DNA of 57,806 nt. Source: Candidatus Sungbacteria bacterium RIFCSPLOWO2_02_FULL_51_17 (GTDB lineage Bacteria; Patescibacteriota; Minisyncoccia; Sungbacterales; GWA2-42-14). This document shows, in pieces, positions 29,519-39,651 of this stretch; position 1 is the stretch's first letter; each line of letters opens with the position of its first letter. Under the pieces are notes generated by a model. That model made no database searches. It was not told the origin of the DNA and was given only the letters and a program-made list of their open reading frames with translations. Location: contig MHQW01000042.1 in assembly GCA_001820785.1 (NCBI GenBank), positions 1-57,806 of the forward strand. Direction: 5' to 3'. The position numbers and the translations under genes are program-made.

Positions 29519-29655
29519 TGAGCATGGATTCCGGCGTGAAGAACGAGTCGGTGCGGTGTGCCCGTTGCGGAAGAGAGATGCGAGGGGGGACGCTAGAACG
29601 GCGGGATGATAAAAACCAGATCATCCATTACGCATGTCCGATGTCTGAAAAATAA
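29515..29655 (+). CDS. 46-aa putative zinc-ribbon micro-protein, translationally coupled
   Basis: Its ATG overlaps the upstream TGA (ATGA). CxxC (CARC) plus YACP; not in the ORF track because it is under 60 aa. Confidence 0.35.
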   Translation: MMSMDSGVKNESVRCARCGREMRGGTLERRDDKNQIIHYACPMSEK

Positions 29656-29695
29656 CAGAAAGCATGGTAACTCAGGAAATATTTGGAGTATATAT

Positions 29696-29723
29696 AAAGC
29701 GCGCAGAGCGCTTTATTTTTTTT
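29696..29723 (+). terminator. Rho-independent terminator
   Basis: AAAGCGC-gcaga-GCGCTTT followed by ATTTTTTTT. Confidence 0.7.
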
Positions 29724-29850
29724 CAGCGGATGATCGTGGGGAGGGGGAGGACGGGATGCGTGCTTTCTATATAACGTCGCACAATGTATATTTTACGTCT
29801 ATATACCATGGAGATGCCCGATATGCGCCAAACCAGCCCCCTACGGGACA

Positions 29851-30210
29851 TCATATTTTTTGTAGTATCTCGCGAAGAAATGTAACAATGGATGAAAACC
29901 AATGTATTGCGGTATTGATGATATGGTACGCATCAACTCCGGTCGCACCTTTTATTTCGTCGTTCGCTTCGCGTATGAAATCTTTATAATATGCTGGCGT
30001 AAGAAATTCCGGAAGCGATATGTTCATCGGTTTCAGTGTCTCAATGATCTTTTCATAGAGTGCCGCGGGAATGCGATATCCATTAAAACGCTCTATCAGT
30101 GTAGACGAGGCCGTCGCCTCCTGGACGTCTTTTTCTGCCGCATGAACGACGGTTATGAACGAAAGCGTTATCACGACGATCGCGATGCTTATGTGGGGTA
30201 CGTGTGCCAT
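29851..30210 (-). CDS. Small secreted protein, function unknown
   Basis: 119 aa with a signal-peptide-like N-terminus ending VHA-AE. Confidence 0.45.
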   Translation of the reverse strand: MAHVPHISIAIVVITLSFITVVHAAEKDVQEATASSTLIERFNGYRIPAALYEKIIETLKPMNISLPEFLTPAYYKDFIREANDEIKGATGVDAYHIINTAIHWFSSIVTFLREILQKI

Positions 30211-30245
30211 GGGTGTTATAATTAGTGTTATGTTTACACTTACTC

Positions 30246-31577
30246 TTATAAATAGTCCACCGGGTTGAGGTATCCATTATACGGGGATACCGGAATAACA
30301 AGTTTTTTCTTTGGACACACAGCGCTTGGGATCGCGGCAATGGTTACGGCCTGCTTCGCGTATACTCCGAAATGAAGGTGGGGGCCGGTAGCGTATCCGG
30401 ATACGCCGGAGTAGCCGATCAGGTCCCCGCGACGTACCGCATGCCCTGCCAAAACCTTAATGAGGGAGAGATGCGCGTATATCGCCGAAAGGTTGTTTTG
30501 AAAGTCAATCAGAATCCATTTTCCGTATGAGACCCCGCGGCACACGACGTCGGTGTCTCCGACATCCCGAACGACCCCCGATTCGGAGGCAAACACCGGC
30601 GTTCCAAGACCTGCCCGAAAATCAACTCCGTTGTGTCCCTTTCCTTTGTATCCGCCCGCAAGGGCGAATGCAGTATTCCCGAAAAATTGTGTAATGCAAT
30701 GTTCGGCGCTGGAGCGTGTTCCTGAAAAGCACGAAGAAAGTGCCACCTCCGGGAGGGGCCAGCCCAGAACGCTGGAGCCGGTCTTTGGAAGCGACGCGGG
30801 GTCAATGATAACTTGTATCTGCCTTTCATAGTCGGCGATCTCTTGTTCCAGGGCCAGCTGTCTTTTTTTATTGTCTTCCAGAAGCTTTTGATAGAGTTTT
30901 TCTTGGTTCTTTGTTGTGGCAAGAAGATTCGCCCGCTGTGAGCGTTGGGATTGCTGGAGGACGCGCTGGTCCCCAAGCGTTGCGGATAACTGTTGAAGTT
31001 CATGTTGTTTTTTTTCTGTTTCGTCATGCTTCTCATTAAGACCATCTTTTATTTTGCGGATTTCCACGAGGTATTCGCGAAAACCTTGTTGGGCCGACGC
31101 AAGCGCATGTATGACGTTAAAAAATCTGGCAAGCGTTGGGTACTTTATAAGCTGGGCGATGACCGGCTCATCATCCGATCGCTGAAGTAGCCGGGCAAGC
31201 GACCCCACATTGCCGATTTGTCTTTCAATGGTTCGCTCTTTGTCCTGTATTTCAATAAGAAGTTTTTTTATCTCCAGTTCCGTTCTACTGATGCGAACCT
31301 CGGTAATCCGTATGTCGCTTGTCAGCTTTTTAATGGAACTGTCTAGGCCGCCTATCTGACCGGTGAGATTCTTTACCTCAACCGCCCTCTCGGTAAGCTT
31401 GTTCTGATATGTGCGTTCCTCTTCTTCAAGTTTCTTGATCTCTTCGCTCTTTTCACTTATCTGGGCCTTAAGTTCGTCAATGCTTGCGGCATATACCCGT
31501 AGGGTGCCATATAACAATGCAAACGCCGCAAGTGCCACCACCGGAATAATGATCTTTGTCGGTCCGTATATTCTCAT
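30246..31577 (-). CDS. M23 family metallopeptidase with long coiled-coil (EnvC-like)
   Basis: HNGVDF and GPHLHF zinc-site motifs in the C-terminal domain, a heptad-rich central region and an N-terminal TM helix. The start is placed at MRIYGPTK. Confidence 0.8.
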   Translation of the reverse strand: MRIYGPTKIIIPVVALAAFALLYGTLRVYAASIDELKAQISEKSEEIKKLEEEERTYQNKLTERAVEVKNLTGQIGGLDSSIKKLTSDIRITEVRISRTELEIKKLLIEIQDKERTIERQIGNVGSLARLLQRSDDEPVIAQLIKYPTLARFFNVIHALASAQQGFREYLVEIRKIKDGLNEKHDETEKKQHELQQLSATLGDQRVLQQSQRSQRANLLATTKNQEKLYQKLLEDNKKRQLALEQEIADYERQIQVIIDPASLPKTGSSVLGWPLPEVALSSCFSGTRSSAEHCITQFFGNTAFALAGGYKGKGHNGVDFRAGLGTPVFASESGVVRDVGDTDVVCRGVSYGKWILIDFQNNLSAIYAHLSLIKVLAGHAVRRGDLIGYSGVSGYATGPHLHFGVYAKQAVTIAAIPSAVCPKKKLVIPVSPYNGYLNPVDYL

Positions 31578-31653
31578 AGTGTCCGCACATAGGGTTTTCA
31601 CTTGAAGTATAACAGAAAAAAGCCCCATAGAATATGGGGCTCCGGCTAGGATC

Positions 31654-33171
31654 TTATGTTGTGGCTCCGGCCAATTCCAGGGCCCTTTGAAGGCGTCGCA
31701 GTGACACCTCCCTTCCAAGGATCTCAAGAAGCTCAAATGGGCCTGGCGAGGATTTTTTGCCCGAAAGGGCTACGCGAAGAGGCCAGAGTGCGGCGCCCTT
31801 GTCCCCCTCCCCTATCATATCAAAAAATAATTTTTGCAACACCTCTTTATTGAATGGCGCAGTCATCCCGGCAATACACTCCGCACTTTTTTTAAGGGAT
31901 TGGGCGACATCTTCGTCGCTCATTTGTTTCCAGCGCAGGAGCTCTTTATTGTATTCCGGAACGGCAAAAAAGAAGCCGATCCCCTCCCCCAGTTCGGAAA
32001 GCTTTTTTAGGCGGGGCTGTTCAAGGGCAAGGATTCTTTTAAGCAGGATGGCGTCTGCTGATATTCCCGCCTGATCAAAATATGGACGAGCAATCTCAAA
32101 AAGTTCATCGGAAGTTTTTGATCGTATATATTCCCCGTTTAGCCAATCAAGTTTTGTTGTATCAAATATGGCACCCGATTTTTGCACCTTCTCAAGTGAA
32201 AATTCTTTTATGAGAACTTCTTTAGTCATTTTTTCTCGCGCGTCTCCGGGATTCCAGCCGATGAGCGCCATGAAATTAAAAAGGGTATCCGACAGGTAAC
32301 CGGCTTGCCGGTATTCATCTACAGAGGTCGCGCCGTGCCGCTTTGAAAGTTTTGAGCGGTCAGGGCCTAAAATAAGCGGTAGATGGACATATTCCCAGGG
32401 AGGGATGGTATCGCCAATGGTATTTTTTGTCGTCCACCCAAGGGCTTTTGCTATGAGGAGTTGCTTTGGCGTGTTCGGAATGTGGTCCTCCCCGCGAATA
32501 ACATGCGTTATCTGCATCTCATAGTCATCAATAACAACTGCAAAATTATAGAGCGGTTCAACGGAGCTTTTTGCTATTGGAAAATCTCCCAAAAGGCGCG
32601 CGAAAAAATGAACCTGCCCGCGAATGATGTCCCGAAAGGTAAGTTGATAGTTTGAGGGTTCTTTCGCGGATGTAGGGGGCATTTTAAAACGTATAATTGA
32701 TGCCTCACCCGCCCCGCACTTCTTTTCCGCATCGCGTTTCGGCAGATCTCGCCAAGGAGTGCATATGTGTTGAACCGGGATCTTGCTTTCCATCTGCGCT
32801 TTTTTCTCATTCGCAAGTTCTTTTTCAGTATGAAAACAATAAAATGCTTTTTCTTCAAAAAGGAGTTTTTCAAGATATTTTTTATAAGAGAATATTCGTT
32901 CGGATTGTCTGTAGGGCGCATAGTCACCTCGGTATGACGAAGAGCCGATCTCGGGACCCTCATCCCAATGAATTCCGAGCCACTCCAGCCCCGAAAGGAT
33001 ATTCTTTTCAAATTCTTTCGTTGATCTTTCGCGATCCGTATCCTCAATGCGTAGAACGAAAGCTCCCCCATGCTTTTTTGCGTATAAAAAATTAAACAGC
33101 GCAGTTCGTGCGGTTCCAATATGCAAATTGCCCGTCGGGCTTGGTGCGATGCGTGTTCGGACCGATTTCAT
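31654..33171 (-). CDS. gltX: Glutamate--tRNA ligase
   Basis: HIGTAR (HIGH) and KLSKRHG (KMSKS) motifs. The start at MKSVRTRIAPSPTG lies 2 nt after the murG stop. Confidence 0.9.
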   Translation of the reverse strand: MKSVRTRIAPSPTGNLHIGTARTALFNFLYAKKHGGAFVLRIEDTDRERSTKEFEKNILSGLEWLGIHWDEGPEIGSSSYRGDYAPYRQSERIFSYKKYLEKLLFEEKAFYCFHTEKELANEKKAQMESKIPVQHICTPWRDLPKRDAEKKCGAGEASIIRFKMPPTSAKEPSNYQLTFRDIIRGQVHFFARLLGDFPIAKSSVEPLYNFAVVIDDYEMQITHVIRGEDHIPNTPKQLLIAKALGWTTKNTIGDTIPPWEYVHLPLILGPDRSKLSKRHGATSVDEYRQAGYLSDTLFNFMALIGWNPGDAREKMTKEVLIKEFSLEKVQKSGAIFDTTKLDWLNGEYIRSKTSDELFEIARPYFDQAGISADAILLKRILALEQPRLKKLSELGEGIGFFFAVPEYNKELLRWKQMSDEDVAQSLKKSAECIAGMTAPFNKEVLQKLFFDMIGEGDKGAALWPLRVALSGKKSSPGPFELLEILGREVSLRRLQRALELAGATT

Positions 33172-33172
33172 A

Positions 33173-34291
33173 TTAGTGAAGTCCAATATGTAGTATTTCC
33201 CGCGCGATGACTTCGGCTGCATCTATGCGTGCGAATTTTTGAGCGGCCTCGCCCATCGCCTTCATTTTTGCGGGATTTCTAAAAAGCTTTTCAACTTCGG
33301 CAAGCAGAATGTGTGGCGACAGGTTGTCTTCCTCAACCACATCTGCCGCACCGGCCTTTGCGTATTCAAAAGCGTTCTTTCGCTGATGGTCTTGGGCCGC
33401 ATTTTTCAGAGGTATCAAGATTGACGGCTTTCCCATCGCTGCGATTTCAAAAATACTCCCGGAACCTGCTCGTGCGATGACTAGGTGCGAGACCGCATAG
33501 GCCTGACGAAGTTGTGACTCGCGAAGGAACGGATAGAGATGATACCGTGTCTTATCGGCAGAACTAAGTGTTGCATTTGCCTGAATGGTCGCATCCTCAA
33601 ATTTTTTTTCGCCCGCTTGATGGATGATCTCGTAATGCTCCAAGAGGTTTGGAAGCACCTCCAGAACGGCATTGTTTATCTTTTCTGCGCCCTGGGAGCC
33701 GCCGGTGATAAGAATCACGGGGTTTTCCGTAAGAATGTTGAGATCGGTTTTTGCTTCTTCAATGTTCCCGCCGAAGATGCGCTTTCGCACCGGATTGCCG
33801 GTAAGCGCAACCCGGCCTTTCGGGAAGAACGCGGCACTTGAGTCAAATGAGACGGCAATGCGTCGCGCAAACTTTGATGACCAGCGATTGACCTTGCCGG
33901 GGATGGTATCCGATTCATGGATGATCACCGGAATGCGGTAGAGATGCGCGACAAAGAGGACCGGAATACTGCCATAGCCGCCCTTTGAAAAAATGACGTC
34001 AGGCATGAGCGCCAATAATTTTATCGCCGCCTGTAGGATGCCCAAGAGAATGAAAAGCGAATCCAGCGCATTCATTGGGGAAAAATAATGCCGCAATTTT
34101 CCAGAGAATACGCGGTAGTAGATGATGTTGTCTTTTATCAGGTCTTCCCTGCCGAAGTCGTCGGGTCCGATATAAAAAAGCTGCAGATCAAGTATCCGTT
34201 CTTCTTCGGCAAGTTTTCGTAGTTCGCGCGCAACGGCGATGATGGGGTAAAAGTGTCCCCCGGTGCCTCCTCCCGTAAATAGTATCCTCAT
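33173..34291 (-). CDS. murG: Undecaprenyldiphospho-muramoylpentapeptide beta-N-acetylglucosaminyltransferase
   Basis: MRILFTGGGTGGHFYP N-terminus and a GT28 C-terminal domain. Confidence 0.9.
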   Translation of the reverse strand: MRILFTGGGTGGHFYPIIAVARELRKLAEEERILDLQLFYIGPDDFGREDLIKDNIIYYRVFSGKLRHYFSPMNALDSLFILLGILQAAIKLLALMPDVIFSKGGYGSIPVLFVAHLYRIPVIIHESDTIPGKVNRWSSKFARRIAVSFDSSAAFFPKGRVALTGNPVRKRIFGGNIEEAKTDLNILTENPVILITGGSQGAEKINNAVLEVLPNLLEHYEIIHQAGEKKFEDATIQANATLSSADKTRYHLYPFLRESQLRQAYAVSHLVIARAGSGSIFEIAAMGKPSILIPLKNAAQDHQRKNAFEYAKAGAADVVEEDNLSPHILLAEVEKLFRNPAKMKAMGEAAQKFARIDAAEVIAREILHIGLH

Positions 34292-34350
34292 AAATGGTGT
34301 GCTGTTCGGATGCGGCGCGCATAAGGGCATGCGGGACGCCACCACGCACA

Positions 34351-35436
34351 TTATGCGTGTGTAGATATATTACGCAAAATGCCGATGCTTGCCAATGTCA
34401 TCACCAGAGATGTCCCTCCATAGGAAATAAACGGAAGCGGGATCCCGGTCAGGGGGAGAAGTCCGGAGATGGCGGCCATATTGATGAATGCCTGTATAAT
34501 GATGCCGGACGTGATACCTGCCGCAAGAAGTTTCCCAAAAAAAGTGTCAGCTTCTCGCGCAATGCGCATGCCACACCACGCGAACAGCAAGAACAATGCG
34601 ATGATGGCTGATGCGCCCGCAAACCCCAGTTCTTCGGTAATGATGGCAAATATCGAATCGTTGATCGGCTCGGGAAGGTAATTATATTTCTGTATGCCCT
34701 GTCCGAATCCTCTTCCGAACACGCCTCCCGATCCGATCGCGATGAACGCTTGCCTAATCTGATACCCAATGCCGGTAGGATCGGTGTTCGGATCAAGAAA
34801 TACGGTAAGCCGGTCAACCCGGTATGGCGCAATTTGAATGAGAAGAATGATAACGATAAGTCCCAAAAATCCTAGAGAAAAAAGCTGGGACACCTTCCCA
34901 CCCCCGAGAAAATACAGAACAGAGGCGGTAGCGGCAACGATGAACAGTGTTCCGATATCCGGTTGAAGGATGAGAAATACGCTGGCAATTCCCAGAATGA
35001 GCGTGAATGGAGCAAGTGCCCTCCCGAATGTTTTTTCGGCACTCTTTCCTTTATCCAGCCAGCTGGAAAGGTAAATGATAAGAGTTAACTTCAGAAGTTC
35101 GCCCGGCTGGAAAGAGAAAAAACCGAGAGTGATCCATCGTTGCGCTCCGCCCAAGGTTACGCCGACAACGGGAAAAAAGACCAGCATCATAAGGATGAGA
35201 GAACCCAACAGAAGTGGCAGGGATATCTTTCGCCAGAATTGGTAGGGTATTCGCTGGCAGGAAAAAAACGCTATGCCGCCAAGCACAAGCGCGTATATTC
35301 CGTGACGGAGCGTATATCCGTAGAGTGTTCCAAAATTTCTTTCGGATATCGCAACAGATGCAGAAGATACGACCAGAAGCCCCATAAGAACGAGAGCCGC
35401 GGTCAGATAGAATAGTGTTCTGTCAGCGCGTTCCAT
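34351..35436 (-). CDS. ftsW: SEDS-family peptidoglycan glycosyltransferase / lipid II flippase (FtsW/RodA)
   Basis: 361 aa with about 10 TM helices and a C-terminal PFISYGGTSL motif. Position between murD and murG. Confidence 0.85.
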   Translation of the reverse strand: MERADRTLFYLTAALVLMGLLVVSSASVAISERNFGTLYGYTLRHGIYALVLGGIAFFSCQRIPYQFWRKISLPLLLGSLILMMLVFFPVVGVTLGGAQRWITLGFFSFQPGELLKLTLIIYLSSWLDKGKSAEKTFGRALAPFTLILGIASVFLILQPDIGTLFIVAATASVLYFLGGGKVSQLFSLGFLGLIVIILLIQIAPYRVDRLTVFLDPNTDPTGIGYQIRQAFIAIGSGGVFGRGFGQGIQKYNYLPEPINDSIFAIITEELGFAGASAIIALFLLFAWCGMRIAREADTFFGKLLAAGITSGIIIQAFINMAAISGLLPLTGIPLPFISYGGTSLVMTLASIGILRNISTHA

Positions 35437-35440
35437 GTTG

Positions 35441-36766
35441 TTACAGTTTTTTTACGGCATTATTAAACTGCGCTCCGCGGTCAAATTCATTCTGAAACAG
35501 CCCAAAGCTTGCCGCGCCGGGGGATAAGAGTACAATGTCGCCTTTCCGCGCCCTTGCATGTGCCTGTGCCACTGCCACCCGCATGGTGCGCGCTTTTATG
35601 ATAGTGGGCCGGGGTTTTGGGGGGAGCGAGCGCAGGAGTTGTTTAGTCGCAGTTCCGGGGAGCAGAATGAGCACACTGATCTCTCTATTGATTACGTTGG
35701 CAAGATCGGCGAACCGAAGATTTTTATCGGTGCCTCCGGCAATAAGGAGCAGCGCGTGTTTGCGTGCGGGGGCGAGGGTTTTGATCGCCGCGATCGTGGC
35801 ATCCGGCATAGTTGCGGTCGTATCATTGTAGTAGCGAACGCCGCTCGCGAGGCGTATCGGTTCCATTCTTCCGGGGTTTCCGGGAAATGTGCGGAGCGCT
35901 TTTTTTATTTTTGCCGTAGGGATCCTGAAGAGGCGCGCGACCGAGACCGCAGCGGCAATATTTGCGGCGTTATGCGCTCCGAAAAGCCGCGCATTTCCTT
36001 CATGGTGTGGAATTTTTGGAACAGCGTAAGCGATGATGCGAGAGGGCGCGCCCTTCATGGCATTCCGTACGACCCGATCGCCATGGGGCATGATCAGAAT
36101 ATCTTGCTTTTTTTGGAATCGCGCAATGAATGATTTTGCTCGCGCATAGTCGGCAAAACTTTTATAGCGGTTAAGGTGTTCATACAGTATGTTCGTGATG
36201 ACCGCAATGTGAGGGGCTTGTGTGTGGGCGGCAAGTCCTTCCAACTGCCAGCTGGAAAGTTCTAGTACGACAGGAATATTTTTTGTAAGTCGCGGAAGAA
36301 TATCAAACACCGAGCGTCCGATGTTTCCGGCGAGGAGAACGTTGGGGTAGGCGGTCGCAAGCATGCATTGGATGAGGGATGCTGTTGTTGATTTGCCTTT
36401 TGAACCGGTGACGCCGATGATGGGAGCCGGACACAAGCGAAAAAAAATGCCAATGTCTGTATCTATGGGGACCCGGTGTTTGTGTGCGATTGCAAGATAT
36501 GGGGAGTCGCTCGGCACTCCCGGCCCCTGTATGACGAGATTTGCATGTTGAAAATCTTGTATCCGATGTTTGCCGAGAACGTATGAGATGTTCTTATACG
36601 CAGAAAGTTTTTGAATGGATGGAGCAAGGTGGCGGCGATTCTTGAGATCTGTGACAAGCACGCGTGCTCCAGCTTTGGCAAAAAAACGGGCGGCTCCCAC
36701 TCCCCCATCGTTGAGGCCTAGCCCCATGATAGTGACTTTTTTGTCGCGAAAGTTTATGCTTCGCAT
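35441..36766 (-). CDS. murD: UDP-N-acetylmuramoylalanine--D-glutamate ligase
   Basis: VTGSKGKSTT P-loop, an NDTTAT motif and dcw-cluster context. Confidence 0.85.
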   Translation of the reverse strand: MRSINFRDKKVTIMGLGLNDGGVGAARFFAKAGARVLVTDLKNRRHLAPSIQKLSAYKNISYVLGKHRIQDFQHANLVIQGPGVPSDSPYLAIAHKHRVPIDTDIGIFFRLCPAPIIGVTGSKGKSTTASLIQCMLATAYPNVLLAGNIGRSVFDILPRLTKNIPVVLELSSWQLEGLAAHTQAPHIAVITNILYEHLNRYKSFADYARAKSFIARFQKKQDILIMPHGDRVVRNAMKGAPSRIIAYAVPKIPHHEGNARLFGAHNAANIAAAVSVARLFRIPTAKIKKALRTFPGNPGRMEPIRLASGVRYYNDTTATMPDATIAAIKTLAPARKHALLLIAGGTDKNLRFADLANVINREISVLILLPGTATKQLLRSLPPKPRPTIIKARTMRVAVAQAHARARKGDIVLLSPGAASFGLFQNEFDRGAQFNNAVKKL

Positions 36767-36845
36767 ATATCTATAAAAAATCCGAAAACAAGACGCGTCT
36801 TCGGTTGTGGCAGTAGTATTGCAAATAGGAGCCGTTCCGAATGCG

Positions 36846-38414
36846 TTACTTTTTCAGGACGGCACCTGCCCGCGTTGAATTCACGATACCGTTTTCCAGC
36901 GCGATTTTTCCATTCACAATGACCCAAGAGAGGCCGATCGCATATTGGAATGGCTTCTTATAGGTGGCGGTGTCTTTGATTGTTTGCGGATCAAATACGA
37001 CGATATCGGCGAAATAATTTTTTCGTAAAAAGCCCCTGCGTGCGATGCCGAAAGTTGTTGCCGGAAGTGACGTGATCTTCTCAATCGCTTTTTCCCAAGT
37101 GAGCTTCTGGGAGTCCCGCGCGCAGGTATGTAAAAAATGCGGGAACGTGCCAAATGAGCGCGGATGCACCAGATCGCCATTCTTCTTATGAGCATCCGAA
37201 TATCCGGAACCATCCGAGGCGATCATGGCAAGAGGATGCTCCAGGAGCATTTTCATGCGGGAAACCGAGAGCGTCTTATTAAAGATGGATACTCTGCCGT
37301 TATTTACCAGTAAAATCTCCAGAAGCGCTTCTTCGGGACTAAGGCCGCCCGACTCGGCGAGCTGTTGAATGCTTTTATTTACGATATGCTTCGCGTTGGC
37401 AGACGCGATGATGATCCGGTCATAATGAAGCGTGAGGTCTCCAAGTGCCGAGATGATGCGCTCCCGCATGATGGGATCCTTGATGCGATGAAATATTTTT
37501 TCAAAGCCGCCTACGCGCGCCCATGACGGAAGCAATTGCGAAAGAAGCGAGCCGGTGCGGGCATACGGAAATACGTCAAAGTGGACCGTAATGCCGTTGG
37601 TGTGAGCAAGCTCAAGCATTTCGGTAAGCGTCTTAATATATTTCCATGATTTTTTTCCTATTGCCTTCAGATGGGAAATGTGGACGGCGCATTCCGCCTC
37701 TCGTCCGATGCGAATCGCCTCGTTTACTGCTCCGATGAGAGCGCCCCCTTCGCTTCGGAGATGGGTTTTGTAGACACCATTCTTTGCGCGGATGATCTTC
37801 GCGTAAAAAGAAAGCTCGTCAATGGTCGCGAACGCCTCATGCGCATAGCTTAAACCGGTTGAAAGACCGAAAGCGCCCTCTGCCATAGAACGCTCAATAA
37901 GAAGCCCCATGGTCCGCATCTCTTCCGGTGAAAGAGCGCGCGGCGCATCCCCTATCAATCCCCGGCGAAGCGTGCCATGACCGATGAATGTTCCGAAGTT
38001 TATTCCCAATGGACGGCCCGAAAGGTATGACAAAAATTCACCAAGGCCCTGCCAGTTGGTGTTAATGCGTGAGATGTCTGTCCATTTTTCAATGGAACGT
38101 ATCGCATGAGGAGATATAAGGGGTGCTATAGAAGCTCCGCAGTTTCCTCCGAGGATCGTGGTGACCCCTTGGGTGATCAAGCTTTCCTGTCCTGGGTAAT
38201 CAAAGAGGGTCCAGGTGGTATCCGAGTGCGATGTGACATCAATGAATCCGGGGGTGATGAATTTATCGCGGGCATCAATGGTCAGTTCCGATGGCGATTC
38301 TATTGATTCGCCGAGAGCGCTTATCACCCCGTCTTTTATAGCAATATCGCCAATGACCGGTGTCCCCCCCGCTCCGTCTATCAATGTCCCATTTTTAATA
38401 ATGATATCGTACAT
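36846..38414 (-). CDS. Amidohydrolase superfamily protein (N-acyl-D-amino-acid deacylase-like)
   Basis: MYDIIIKNGTLIDGAGG...GDIAIKDGVI...PGFIDVTSHSD N-terminus typical of D-aminoacylase-type amidohydrolases. The usual HxH position reads TSH. Confidence 0.7.
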   Translation of the reverse strand: MYDIIIKNGTLIDGAGGTPVIGDIAIKDGVISALGESIESPSELTIDARDKFITPGFIDVTSHSDTTWTLFDYPGQESLITQGVTTILGGNCGASIAPLISPHAIRSIEKWTDISRINTNWQGLGEFLSYLSGRPLGINFGTFIGHGTLRRGLIGDAPRALSPEEMRTMGLLIERSMAEGAFGLSTGLSYAHEAFATIDELSFYAKIIRAKNGVYKTHLRSEGGALIGAVNEAIRIGREAECAVHISHLKAIGKKSWKYIKTLTEMLELAHTNGITVHFDVFPYARTGSLLSQLLPSWARVGGFEKIFHRIKDPIMRERIISALGDLTLHYDRIIIASANAKHIVNKSIQQLAESGGLSPEEALLEILLVNNGRVSIFNKTLSVSRMKMLLEHPLAMIASDGSGYSDAHKKNGDLVHPRSFGTFPHFLHTCARDSQKLTWEKAIEKITSLPATTFGIARRGFLRKNYFADIVVFDPQTIKDTATYKKPFQYAIGLSWVIVNGKIALENGIVNSTRAGAVLKK

Positions 38415-38517
38415 ATGCTGGTAGTTCAGAAAGGCCCCTCTATACAAGTATAGGTGAAATGGCGGGAATTACAACAAAAACACAACACCGACACTGTCTA
38501 TCATATACGGTGCCGAG

Positions 38518-39591
38518 TTATTTTCCGATGAGCGCTATGACCATTCCGGTAATGGCGCACATCACACCCACCACCCAGAATCGCATGGTCACTTTGTACG
38601 CGGGCCACCCCAATGCTTCAAAGTGATGATGGATGGGCGCTATCAAAAATATTTTTTTCCCGCGCCAACGTTTTGAGGCGAATTGGAGAAGAACGGAAAA
38701 AATTTCAACGGCAGGTAAAAACGCGATAATGGGAAGTACCGCGACTGAATTAGTGAGAAATGCGACCACGGTAATGCCGGTCGTAAGCCCTAGCATGCCG
38801 GTTTCTCCAAGATAGAAGCGGGCAGGAGGAATATTGAACCACAGGAATGCAAGAAGCGCCCCGAGGACTACGGCGCAAAAAGCTGCTATATCCAACTGAT
38901 TTTGAAAAAAGGCAATGCCGCCATATGCCGCAAACATCGCGGCGTACACCCCGCCGGCAAGCCCGTCCAGCCCATCAATGACGCCGCCCGCGAACATCGC
39001 AAGCATGGTAATTACAAATAGCGGAAGATACCACAGTCCTATTGTGATGTCGCCCACGCCAGGAAGATAAAGGGTGTCCCACCCAAGCCGGAAATGGAAC
39101 CAATATGCGCCTAATGCGGCGATCACCAGGACGAGAACTATTCGCTGCCGGAGACCCATTCCTCCGCCGCGGTAGGAGCCCCGTCCGTACACCTGAATAA
39201 CATCATCGCACAATCCGAGGAGGGCCGCCGCCAAAAGTGTTACGAGTGGTAGCCACGTCTGATTTCTGGAAACGAAATTTAGTTTATCAAAAAGAGAAAT
39301 ATCGGTAAGGCCAGAGAGCGCATAGAGGCCGAAGGCAAGTCCCCCGGTCGTAATCCAGATGAGCAGTCCCCCCATGCGCGGAACGGTTGTTTCCCGCTCT
39401 TTGTGGAGGGCGTTGAACATCGGCGTCTTAGTTCCGTCTGCCGCCTCGGTTCGCGCCGCCTTACGCCACATTTTGTGCTTGTAGAGAAAATTTGTAAGAA
39501 GCGGCGTCCAGAGAAGTGCGCCAATAAAACTCAGTGCCGCAAGGCCGAACACCTTAAATACATTCAGGGTCAGATCTATTCGTGGATCCAT
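38518..39591 (-). CDS. mraY: Phospho-N-acetylmuramoyl-pentapeptide-transferase
   Basis: Polytopic 357-aa protein with a PIHHHFE motif and a DD-containing cytoplasmic loop. Confidence 0.9.
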   Translation of the reverse strand: MDPRIDLTLNVFKVFGLAALSFIGALLWTPLLTNFLYKHKMWRKAARTEAADGTKTPMFNALHKERETTVPRMGGLLIWITTGGLAFGLYALSGLTDISLFDKLNFVSRNQTWLPLVTLLAAALLGLCDDVIQVYGRGSYRGGGMGLRQRIVLVLVIAALGAYWFHFRLGWDTLYLPGVGDITIGLWYLPLFVITMLAMFAGGVIDGLDGLAGGVYAAMFAAYGGIAFFQNQLDIAAFCAVVLGALLAFLWFNIPPARFYLGETGMLGLTTGITVVAFLTNSVAVLPIIAFLPAVEIFSVLLQFASKRWRGKKIFLIAPIHHHFEALGWPAYKVTMRFWVVGVMCAITGMVIALIGK

Positions 39592-39651
39592 ACTGGTATG
39601 CCCGGAGGCATGATGGGAGGATTACATGATATCAGGATACGTTTTTTGATT

